Of a stretch of DNA of 64,000 nucleotides, positions 17,788 to 25,506 are shown piece after piece. Where the stretch lies: positions 1 through 64,000 of the IMG/VR virus record IMGVR_UViG_3300036985_002657; one strand, 5' to 3'. Each line of letters opens with the position of its first letter. The first letter of the stretch is position 1. Below the pieces are notes generated by a model. That model ran no database searches. It was not told where the DNA came from and was given only the letters and a program-made list of their open reading frames with translations. This DNA comes from a virus. The position numbers were made by a program, and so were the translations under genes.

Positions 17788-18743
17788 TGCGAGTCTATCT
17801 CGCCGCGCCTGCGCAACTGTACCAGTACCACACGCCGTTCCAGGCGCGGCGACTGCTGATCTCCTTCGTCAAGATGAGTTGGGGCGTGGAGAAGTTCCAG
17901 CTAGCTCTCGACAACGCGAAACCCACACACGGGTATTGCGTGGACTCCGGCGCGCACGTCTGGCTGTCGATGTTCTTCAAGAAGCAGGAGAAGCCGCCGA
18001 TGGCAAAGGTCGAACAGACCATCGAGCGGTTTCTCCCGATGGTGCAACAACTGTCGGGCGACCCGCAGTTCGTCGTCGATCTCGACATCCAGCGCATCTA
18101 CGGTCTGCCGGTGATCGACGGCTGGCGCAAGACCATCTGGCAGCCCTTCGAGCGCGCGTCCGGCATCCGAGTCTGCTACGTCTGGCACCCGTCCGACGGG
18201 GAGGCGCGCTGGGAAGAACTGCTCGCCGATCCTGACGTTCACTACCTGGGGATGGGCTCGAGCTTCAAGATGATGCCCGTCGAGGCGTGGGCTCGTCTCG
18301 TCTACCGCGCCTACCAGGCAGGCAAGCCGGTGCATGGCTTTGCGAAGATCAACGCGAAGTATCTGATGAAGGTTCCCTTCTACTCCGTGGACTCGACATC
18401 CTGGGCGTCAGGATCGTTCTTCGGCACCGTCCCGCATTTCAACGCAACAACCGGCGCGATCAATCAACGATCCGTCGGCGACAAGGCTCGGCAGAACGTC
18501 GGTGCAGCAGCGGTGCTGACTCGGTTGGCAGTCACCGCGCAGGGTAAGATCAAGGCAGACCTACTCCAAAGGGGTGCGTTCATTGGAAAAGATTACCAAT
18601 CGTTCTACCAAAACGGCGTCGATCAGTACACCCGGTTCGAGGCGTGGTTCACCGCCTACTGGAAAGCCCGAGGAGTCGACTGGGACGCCCAGCTCGCTCG
18701 CCACGGAAACCTCGGGCCTCCCGACTCTCTCGATCCCAGATGA
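17787..18743 (+). CDS. DpdA/TGT-like TIM-barrel base-exchange (deazaguanine-inserting) protein
   Basis: VDSGAH, DLDI, VWH, LGMG, VHGFA and FYSVDSTSW match phage TGT-like proteins; context of folE and queE; ATG at 17787 via TGATG. Confidence 0.7.
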   Translation: MRVYLAAPAQLYQYHTPFQARRLLISFVKMSWGVEKFQLALDNAKPTHGYCVDSGAHVWLSMFFKKQEKPPMAKVEQTIERFLPMVQQLSGDPQFVVDLDIQRIYGLPVIDGWRKTIWQPFERASGIRVCYVWHPSDGEARWEELLADPDVHYLGMGSSFKMMPVEAWARLVYRAYQAGKPVHGFAKINAKYLMKVPFYSVDSTSWASGSFFGTVPHFNATTGAINQRSVGDKARQNVGAAAVLTRLAVTAQGKIKADLLQRGAFIGKDYQSFYQNGVDQYTRFEAWFTAYWKARGVDWDAQLARHGNLGPPDSLDPR

Positions 18744-18768
18744 GTTCGGCGTCGTCCGCTTCGGCGAC

Positions 18769-19419
18769 ATGAGGCTCGGGATGGTCGAGACGACTCGGCT
18801 CGAGCAGCGCCGAGACAACCCGCGCGCTATGAGCACGTCGGAGTACGAGACCCTGAAGCGATCGATGGACAAGTTCGGCTTCAAGAGTTTCGTCGTCGCG
18901 GAGGAGATCGAGCCAGGCCGCTACGGTGTGATCGACGGCCACCACCGCTGGCGCGCTGCGACAGAGCGCGGAATGGCGCGCATCCCGGTCGTGCTGCTCG
19001 ATAGCGGCACCGACAAGTCCTGGGCGGACCTCGCCATGCTGACGTTCAACGTCACCGGCGACCCGCAGGAGGACAAGTACGTCGAGCTCCTCGCCGAGCT
19101 CACCACGCTGCTCGGTGCCGAGACAACGGCGCTGTTCACGGCGCTGGACACCAACTTCCTCGAATCCTTCGGCAAGAACATGGCGGAGACGATGGACGCC
19201 GCAGACGCCGCTACTGCCGCCGCAGGTGGCGAGGAAGCGGGCTGGCAAGGTCGCCCGATCCTCGTTGAGTTCCCGCGTGTCGATGATGTGGTGGCGCTGT
19301 TCGCCGAAGTGACTGCGCTGACTGGGGAGACAGTGCTTGGGCGTGCTGTACTCACCGCACTTCGCGAGTGGGTGAAGATCAAGCGTCCCGCACAAGACAC
19401 AGTGCAGGAGGTCGAATGA
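18769..19419 (+). CDS. ParB/Srx N-terminal-domain protein (modification-associated)
   Basis: NPR.M...L..S...FGF...VIDGHHRWRAA...G...IPVV; start uncertain (frame is open from 18574). Confidence 0.8.
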   Translation: MRLGMVETTRLEQRRDNPRAMSTSEYETLKRSMDKFGFKSFVVAEEIEPGRYGVIDGHHRWRAATERGMARIPVVLLDSGTDKSWADLAMLTFNVTGDPQEDKYVELLAELTTLLGAETTALFTALDTNFLESFGKNMAETMDAADAATAAAGGEEAGWQGRPILVEFPRVDDVVALFAEVTALTGETVLGRAVLTALREWVKIKRPAQDTVQEVE

Positions 19420-20096
19420 TCAAGCTCCAGCGATACGCGGTCACAGAAATCTTCCACACCATCCAGGGCGAAGGGCATCACGCAGGCACGGCGGCGGTCT
19501 TCATCCGTTTTGCAGGCTGCAATATGTGGGGCGGGCACGTCGAGAACAATGGCCGCCGCGCAGCCGCCGAAGCGCAGGAGGCGCACTGCCCGCTGTGGTG
19601 CGACACGGACTTCCGCGTTCGCGAGGTGCTGACGAGCGCGGAGATCCTCACCCGCGTCGGCAAGTTGCCGGGCGCACAGATGGTGGTGCTGACCGGCGGT
19701 GAGCCGCTGCTCCAGCTCACCTACGAGTTGATCGAGGAGCTCTACCGCCTGTTCGGCATGGTCGCTGTCGAGACGAACGGCACGCTGACGCCGCCCGCCA
19801 ACAGCCGATCGCTGCTCTGGCTGACGATGTCGCCGAAGGTCGCACCAGCGAAGATCAAGCTGCGCAACCCCAACGAGATCAAGGTCGTGTTCCCTGACTA
19901 CAATCCGCTCGACTACCTGCCATTCGCGGGCAAGCAGACGCGGCTGTTCGTGCAGCCGCGTGCGACGTGCGAGACGCAGACCGTCGGTAGGAGCCTGCTC
20001 GCGCCGGACGTGATCGGTGCGGCAGCGAACTTCGTTCTCACCCACCCCGAGTGGAGACTGAGTCTCCAAACCCACAAGTTGGTAGGTCTGCCCTAA
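19416..20096 (+). CDS. queE: 7-carboxy-7-deazaguanine synthase (radical SAM)
   Basis: EIFHTIQGEG..AG..AVFIRFAGCN...C...CDTDF, LTGGEPLLQ, ETNGT, SPK, EIKVV, WRLSLQTHK. Confidence 0.93.
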   Translation: MIKLQRYAVTEIFHTIQGEGHHAGTAAVFIRFAGCNMWGGHVENNGRRAAAEAQEAHCPLWCDTDFRVREVLTSAEILTRVGKLPGAQMVVLTGGEPLLQLTYELIEELYRLFGMVAVETNGTLTPPANSRSLLWLTMSPKVAPAKIKLRNPNEIKVVFPDYNPLDYLPFAGKQTRLFVQPRATCETQTVGRSLLAPDVIGAAANFVLTHPEWRLSLQTHKLVGLP

Positions 20097-20123
20097 AGCA
20101 ACCCAATGTGTTAGGCTCTTGCG

Positions 20124-21005
20124 ATGCTAAAGAACTGCCGACGCTGTGATCAACCGTTTGAGGCGCTGCGCGCGATGGCGTACTGCTCGGACAACTGTCG
20201 TGATCAGTACGACCCAGATCGTTTCTGGGCGAAGGTCGATCGCAGCGCGGGGCCGCTGGCGTGCTGGCCGTGGCTCGGCTCGTGCGATCCCAAGGGCTAC
20301 GGTTGGTTCAGCGTGGGTAAGACCATGCGACACGCGCACCGCGTCGCGCTCGAACTGCATCTTGGCCGCCGACTCACGCCGACTGAGTACGCACTGCACA
20401 CCTGCGACAACCCACCATGCTGCAACGTGCATCCTGATCATGTTCACCAGGGAACCGCACTCGACAACTGCGCCGAGATGTACGCGCGCGGGCGGGATGC
20501 CAAAGCACGCGGAACAGCAAACGCGGCTACAAAGCTCACGGGTACACAGGTACGCGAGATCCGCGCCGTGCGGGCCGAGTGGCTAGCCGCCCACCCCGGC
20601 CGGGTGCGCGTGGAACGCGGCTCGCCAATCTCGACAGGTGTGCTGGCCGCCAAGTACGGTGTCAGCACCGCGACGATCACTGCTGTCGTAAAACAACGAA
20701 CCCACAAAGATCGGACTGCCCTGATGAAACAGCTATCCCTGTTCGCCCCCGGCGACAACACTGAGATCCTCCCCGCCAACACCCACCCGCTGCCCTACAT
20801 CCAAGTCGGGATGCGGCTGAAGCTGCGCAAGGGCGGAACGAAGTTCACCGTGACTTCGATCGATGAAGTCGAAGTCACGACGCGAGCTCTCTGCATCTGG
20901 GTCGGCGGTAAGCAGACGAGCGAGGACTGCCTGTACTTGCGCGAGCAGGCGTGGCTCGCCGAAGCGTTCGATCCGTCGTGCGCTGCGAGCGAAGCGCGCC
21001 GCTGA
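20124..21005 (+). CDS. HNH (HNH_3-type) homing endonuclease, in frame with an unrelated C-terminal ORF
   Basis: RFW.KVD...CWPW.G...GYG...AHRVA...LHTCDNPPCCN...H...GT..DN, KLT..QVREIR...LAAKYGVS HTH; possible internal start at 20724. Confidence 0.8.
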   Translation: MLKNCRRCDQPFEALRAMAYCSDNCRDQYDPDRFWAKVDRSAGPLACWPWLGSCDPKGYGWFSVGKTMRHAHRVALELHLGRRLTPTEYALHTCDNPPCCNVHPDHVHQGTALDNCAEMYARGRDAKARGTANAATKLTGTQVREIRAVRAEWLAAHPGRVRVERGSPISTGVLAAKYGVSTATITAVVKQRTHKDRTALMKQLSLFAPGDNTEILPANTHPLPYIQVGMRLKLRKGGTKFTVTSIDEVEVTTRALCIWVGGKQTSEDCLYLREQAWLAEAFDPSCAASEARR

Positions 21006-21028
21006 ACTCCCAACAACCAAAAGCAGAG

Positions 21029-21060
21029 AGGGCCGCGAGAGTGATCTCGCGGCCCTTTTC
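21029..21060 (+). terminator. Rho-independent terminator between the converging arms (probably bidirectional)
   Basis: AGGGCCGCGAGA-GTGA-TCTCGCGGCCCT 12-bp stem followed by TTTCGTTT; A-rich sequence upstream. Confidence 0.85.
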
Positions 21061-21066
21061 GTTTGG

Positions 21067-21750
21067 CTAGTAGAGCGCCGTCGCGCTCGGTTCCCACAAC
21101 GCCGGGATCTGCTTCCCGTCGCCGAACGTCTGTTGCGGGCGAGTCTTGAGCCCGAGGATCGGCACAGCGAAGTCGAGAACGACCGCGCGCCAGATACCCT
21201 CACCGGGGTCACTGGGCTTGCCGCCGTTGCTCTGCCGGTGCGCGTAGACGAACTCGATCGGCATCCCCGCCTTGCGCCCCTCCTCGACGAGAAAGCGCAA
21301 CGCCGCCTGCGCGGTGGCGATCGTGAGCTCGTCAAGCGGAGTCGGCTTGCCGCCCCACGTCGTCGTGATGTCCTCACGCTTCGGCGTTGTCGAGTCATCG
21401 AGCAGGCCGGGATACATCCCCTCGATCTCGAGGCCGAGAGTCGGGCCGTTCAACTCGTTGCCGTGGTAAAGATACCAGGGCAGCGGGGCAGTGATGACGT
21501 AGTTGCCGTCACGGAACGCGACTGCGTGGGCGGGAATCCCCATCGCCCGCAGGTGCTTCTTCGTCTGATCTGCGGGGCCGAAGACACAGGCGGTCTGGTG
21601 AACCGTGATCCCGGTCACGAGTTTCGGATCGCGCGAGTACGTCTTGCCCTTGACGATCCTGCTCGTGGCGACTATCGACCCATCGTTCTTGTGTTTGCGC
21701 GGGAACGGATCAGTCTGCTCTCCGCGCCAGTCGAGACAGACAGGCGTCAT
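21067..21750 (-). CDS. Endolysin, N-acetylmuramoyl-L-alanine amidase (Amidase_2-like)
   Basis: GITVHQTA, AH....DG, YHGN..N..TLGLEIEG, YAHRQ...KP.DPG; start set at MTPV. Confidence 0.85.
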   Translation of the reverse strand: MTPVCLDWRGEQTDPFPRKHKNDGSIVATSRIVKGKTYSRDPKLVTGITVHQTACVFGPADQTKKHLRAMGIPAHAVAFRDGNYVITAPLPWYLYHGNELNGPTLGLEIEGMYPGLLDDSTTPKREDITTTWGGKPTPLDELTIATAQAALRFLVEEGRKAGMPIEFVYAHRQSNGGKPSDPGEGIWRAVVLDFAVPILGLKTRPQQTFGDGKQIPALWEPSATALY

Positions 21751-21863
21751 CGTCCGTGCCCGAGCGCACAGGCCGCGACGGTTGTGATGATCATCGCCAT
21801 CCCCCACAGCAGGCAGGCCGTGAGAACGAGGCGGTCGCGCGTCGCTGCGCTGTAGCGGGTCAC
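21747..21863 (-). CDS. Small single-transmembrane protein in the lysis cassette
   Basis: GTG start overlaps the previous stop; hydrophobic LVLTACLLWGMAMIITTVAAC stretch. Confidence 0.45.
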   Translation of the reverse strand: MTRYSAATRDRLVLTACLLWGMAMIITTVAACALGHGR

Positions 21864-22045
21864 GACGCCACAGGCGGTTGCGCGCCCGGCTTGTGCGTGA
21901 ACGTCACGAGGATGACAGCGAGTATGCCGAGCGTCTGGCGAACCCACTCCGGCGTTTCGGGTGGCAGCACAGGCATCACGGCAGCGATGATCGCCACTCC
22001 TGCGACCGACCACGCGACGATCTGATTCGATGATGGCGCTTTCAT
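21860..22045 (-). CDS. Putative holin (two transmembrane segments)
   Basis: Two hydrophobic segments joined by a Pro-rich turn; upstream of the endolysin. Confidence 0.6.
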   Translation of the reverse strand: MKAPSSNQIVAWSVAGVAIIAAVMPVLPPETPEWVRQTLGILAVILVTFTHKPGAQPPVAS

Positions 22046-22371
22046 GGCTTGATCTCCTTCGGGCAGTTACTCACTCGGCAACTCCGAAGTGCTAGGTCGC
22101 GCTCATCGCGCATCTTCTCGACGTTACCGCGCATCCGAACAAGTGCAATCTCCGAAGCAAAGAGCTTGTCTCGGAGCGCCTGCTTCGCCGCTTCGCTGTC
22201 TGCACGTTCGGTGTCGCGTGCGTTCTCGAGCATCGCGTGTTGCGTGCGAAGATGGTCGATCTCATCAGTGCGGGCTTGCCACGACGAGGACATTCGTGTT
22301 GCGACTGCGCGCACCGCGACTACCACCGATGGCGTCGCGGCGAGCGCGGTGAGGGCTTGCCATAACGTCAT
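22042..22371 (-). CDS. Membrane-anchored coiled-coil protein (lysis-associated or i-spanin-like)
   Basis: Hydrophobic N-terminus, then coiled coil and C-terminal cysteines; lysis context. Confidence 0.5.
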   Translation of the reverse strand: MTLWQALTALAATPSVVVAVRAVATRMSSSWQARTDEIDHLRTQHAMLENARDTERADSEAAKQALRDKLFASEIALVRMRGNVEKMRDERDLALRSCRVSNCPKEIKP

Positions 22372-22387
22372 GGCCCCGACTGTAGCA

Positions 22388-22795
22388 TCAGGGCAGGGAC
22401 CGCAACGAGGATTCAAGCACGAACGGACTGACCGGCATCACTGCGTCTCGCAGAGTGCCGCGCGCCAGCCAGATGTCGTAGACATACCGACCTGGGTCCG
22501 TGTAGCTGAACGCCGTTGCAGGTATCGAGAACACCGCACACCCGCTCAGTGGGGCGAAGACTACGGTGCCTGCGAGTACCAGAATCCGCTCGTCGCTGCT
22601 CGGTGTCCGCTTCACGGTGAGCTCGAGCGTGGCTCCTGTCAGGTCGATAGGAGCGCCGTCAGACCCGACCACGCGCAACGCCACGTCGAGTGTGCTGCCG
22701 CGCGTGTAGCGCAACGTCGTGCGAGGATTGACGGGCACGCCGGTATCCCGCGCGCCTGCCATCTCCACGACACCCGTGAGGCCGACGGCAGCCAT
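22388..22795 (-). CDS. BppU N-terminal-like virion adaptor protein
   Basis: RG.T...L.V...DG.PIDLTG.T....VK...G.Y.YDI pattern. Confidence 0.55.
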   Translation of the reverse strand: MAAVGLTGVVEMAGARDTGVPVNPRTTLRYTRGSTLDVALRVVGSDGAPIDLTGATLELTVKRTPSSDERILVLAGTVVFAPLSGCAVFSIPATAFSYTDPGRYVYDIWLARGTLRDAVMPVSPFVLESSLRSLP

Positions 22796-22986
22796 CAGGT
22801 CGCGTGATGCTTCTTGTCGAGGTCCGCGTCAGTCTTGGCGCGCTCGACCGTCAGCGTTGCGTCGAGTACGGCGAGGAACTTGTCCCGTCCGCCGACCTTC
22901 GAGAACAGCGCGAACAGCGCGGGCGTCGCGTCGGCGAGTGCTCGAACGAAGTCGAGCGCGATGGTTCCTGCGCTGGTCGGCATCAC
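22795..22986 (-). CDS. Small hypothetical protein
   Basis: Coupled to both neighbours by overlapping start and stop codons. Confidence 0.55.
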   Translation of the reverse strand: MMPTSAGTIALDFVRALADATPALFALFSKVGGRDKFLAVLDATLTVERAKTDADLDKKHHAT

Positions 22987-23228
22987 TGCGCTCCTTCGAT
23001 GGCGGCGAGCGCGGCGTCGCAGCGAGTACGCTCGGCGGCGAGGTCACTTCGATCCTGCTCCGCAGTCGTGCCCTGCCGGTCCACGATGGCGCGCTCGTTC
23101 TGCGTGCACTGCGTGACTTCTGTCGTGTACCGCAGCCGCAGTTCGGCGTTCGGTGTGCACGATCCGAGGACGATGAACGCCGCGCCGATGAGTGCCAGGG
23201 CCGCGTGCGTCGGTGTGATGTCTCGCAT
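22983..23228 (-). CDS. Small lipoprotein (spanin-like candidate)
   Basis: Signal peptide with LGSC lipobox; short helical mature part with further cysteines. Confidence 0.55.
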   Translation of the reverse strand: MRDITPTHAALALIGAAFIVLGSCTPNAELRLRYTTEVTQCTQNERAIVDRQGTTAEQDRSDLAAERTRCDAALAAIEGAQ

Positions 23229-23250
23229 GGTGTTCTTCTATCACGGCCCG

Positions 23251-24057
23251 CTACGGGCGGCCAAGTCCGTTGAAGTAGACATCGGCGGTGTCCACCGCCG
23301 GAACACGAACACAGCGCCCGACGATGCGGTTGTTCGTGCCTGTCACGCGCGCAAACACCCCAGCGTCGGAGATATAGATCAAGTCGTTCAGCGTCGCACC
23401 GACAACGGCCTGATCGAACACGAGTCCGAACGCGCGGAAGTAGCAGAGCTTCCCGGCCGTGAGCGTGCCGCCATCCACGGCAGCGAGTAGCGCAAAGCAG
23501 TCTGTCGTCGTCACGTCGACTGACGTGGCGGCGAACAGGTAGAGCTCCGGCAACTGCTCCTCGCCAGGCAACCCTACTTTGATCGACACGATGGCAGAGA
23601 CACGGTGCACTGCGCCGACAGCGGAGTTCGCGTGAAGAACCCCGACGATCACGCCAGGGTCCGCGCGCCAGGCGTCGAGTGCGCGAAGCTGCCCGTTGAT
23701 CGCGGGCTCTGCCCAGCCTGCGATGCCTGCCTCGTCCGACTCACCCGCAGCCGGTACACGCTGGCGAGTCTTCAACTGCCGGATGCCGACTACGGTCTGG
23801 TCCCGCTGCTCGCTCGGAAGGCTCTGGTTGACGATCAACTGAAGCAGATACGTCCCCTCCTTGCGGGGCGTGAGCGTCGGGTTCTGAATCGCCACGTTCG
23901 ACAGAGCATCGCCGACACCCGGCGGCTGGCTGAGAATCGTCCACAGATATGTTACCTCCCCACCCGTGTTTGCGTTGTCGAGTTGAACTAGCGTGTTGAT
24001 CGGCAGGTCCGTATTCGGACCTGCGACCGTGTTGATCTTGATGAGTGCCTGCGTCAT
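23251..24057 (-). CDS. Virion protein with N-terminal PKD/Ig-like domain
   Basis: TYLWTILSQP.G....LSN....NPT.TP..EGTY.LQLIVN; located at the end of the tail module. Confidence 0.6.
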   Translation of the reverse strand: MTQALIKINTVAGPNTDLPINTLVQLDNANTGGEVTYLWTILSQPPGVGDALSNVAIQNPTLTPRKEGTYLLQLIVNQSLPSEQRDQTVVGIRQLKTRQRVPAAGESDEAGIAGWAEPAINGQLRALDAWRADPGVIVGVLHANSAVGAVHRVSAIVSIKVGLPGEEQLPELYLFAATSVDVTTTDCFALLAAVDGGTLTAGKLCYFRAFGLVFDQAVVGATLNDLIYISDAGVFARVTGTNNRIVGRCVRVPAVDTADVYFNGLGRP

Positions 24058-24060
24058 GGC

Positions 24061-25497
24061 TCAGTACCAGAACTTCGAGAGCTTGAGCGTGCAGGTCGAC
24101 GCGGCGTTCGGGATATTCAAGTCCACACCGAGCGTGAAGCTGCTGGACCCGTTCACTTTCGCGGACACGTCGAGGTCGAAGAACTGCGGTGACGCGACAT
24201 CGTCATCGACGTTCGCATACCCCTCATGAATCGCCAGCGACCCGATCGGTGAGGCGGCGACAGATACCGGCGTGAACCCGGCGGCGGCTCCTACCCAGTA
24301 CCCGTTGACTCTGTAGCGAGCGACGTTCGCAGGCAGGTTCGCGGGCGTGAGATTGTTCGCGCCCAGCACGGGCGGCGCGAGTGATGCGATCTGCACTGCG
24401 TTCGCGGTGCCGCCCAGATAGTCGAACTGCCGCAGATCGGCCGACTGCATAGGCACCCAGCCGGTGTTTGCTGCGTTGCGACGAATCGCCCCAATGAAAT
24501 ACGCGGTATCGGAGGCGGCGTCGGTGACGCCGTATGGCGACGGCAGTTGGATCGCGGCACCGTTTCGTCTCGCGTTTGACGATGGCGTGACGCTCGAGAG
24601 AACGAGTACACCCTCGACGGCGATCTGCGTGTCCATCTTGCGCACGGTATGCGATCCAGCCCACGGAGCCAGATACAGGTAATACCAAGTGCTCGCAGCG
24701 ATCGCCGTCGTGGGCGACAAGTAGGATGCGTTACTCGGGTCAATGGCGACCTGCGTCTGGATGACGCGGTGCCCGTACATCCCGTCGATGTCAGCGTCGA
24801 GCGTGACGACAGTAGGCGCTGCTGCCGTGACGATGAGCCGCCCACCGTTGACCTTCGGCGCGATGGTAGAGGGCGCGTCGAACGGCCCCTGCATCGGGCG
24901 GGCGTCCACGATGTCGGTGGCGACGAGTGCGCCGCCGCCTGCCGCGCGCCGGATCGCGCAGATCGGAACCCAGTTACCCCCGCTCGGTGCGGGCGCGTGC
25001 GCGGTCACAGTCGTCACGCACTGAAACACAAGCTGGCGCTCGACCTGCTTCGGCAGCGCCGTCGGCACGAAGTTGCCGGTCAGCGAGTTCAGAACATCAC
25101 GGCTCTCTGTCGTCGTTGTGACTTCGACCATCTGCGCTTCGATCAGAAAGATGCTGTCCACACCAGGCGTGGCGAGCGTCATCGTGTACGGCGCGCGAAG
25201 CACACCGATCCGGTAACTCGAGTCCAGCGCACCCGGCGCAGGCGCGAGAGTCGCGGAACTCTGAAGCAGCGCGCCCGCAGCGATGACGATGTTCGTCCCG
25301 CTGGGCGTGACCGTCAGCCCGCCGAGGACGCAGTTTCGTGGCGTGACTGCGAGCCCCGGTACACCGAGCAACTGCTGGATGCTGGCATAGTTGAGCAGGT
25401 CGAGCAGCGTGCGCGCCTGCATCGACTGAAGGTTGTTGAGGTCCGTCGAACTCGGGCGCTCGCGGACATTGATCGTGACGTGGTCTGCGCCTGACAT
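24061..25497 (-). CDS. Tail fibre or baseplate-associated structural protein
   Basis: Downstream of baseplate genes; STWYYLYL and FIGAIR beta-rich motifs typical of fibre proteins. Confidence 0.55.
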   Translation of the reverse strand: MSGADHVTINVRERPSSTDLNNLQSMQARTLLDLLNYASIQQLLGVPGLAVTPRNCVLGGLTVTPSGTNIVIAAGALLQSSATLAPAPGALDSSYRIGVLRAPYTMTLATPGVDSIFLIEAQMVEVTTTTESRDVLNSLTGNFVPTALPKQVERQLVFQCVTTVTAHAPAPSGGNWVPICAIRRAAGGGALVATDIVDARPMQGPFDAPSTIAPKVNGGRLIVTAAAPTVVTLDADIDGMYGHRVIQTQVAIDPSNASYLSPTTAIAASTWYYLYLAPWAGSHTVRKMDTQIAVEGVLVLSSVTPSSNARRNGAAIQLPSPYGVTDAASDTAYFIGAIRRNAANTGWVPMQSADLRQFDYLGGTANAVQIASLAPPVLGANNLTPANLPANVARYRVNGYWVGAAAGFTPVSVAASPIGSLAIHEGYANVDDDVASPQFFDLDVSAKVNGSSSFTLGVDLNIPNAASTCTLKLSKFWY

Positions 25498-25506
25498 GAG
25501 AGCTCC

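Noticed and set aside
18769-19419. ParB-like gene as evidence for a plasmid-prophage partition system
   Set aside because: No ParA or HTH/parS evidence; it is embedded in the modification operon, where ParB-N domains are commonly found
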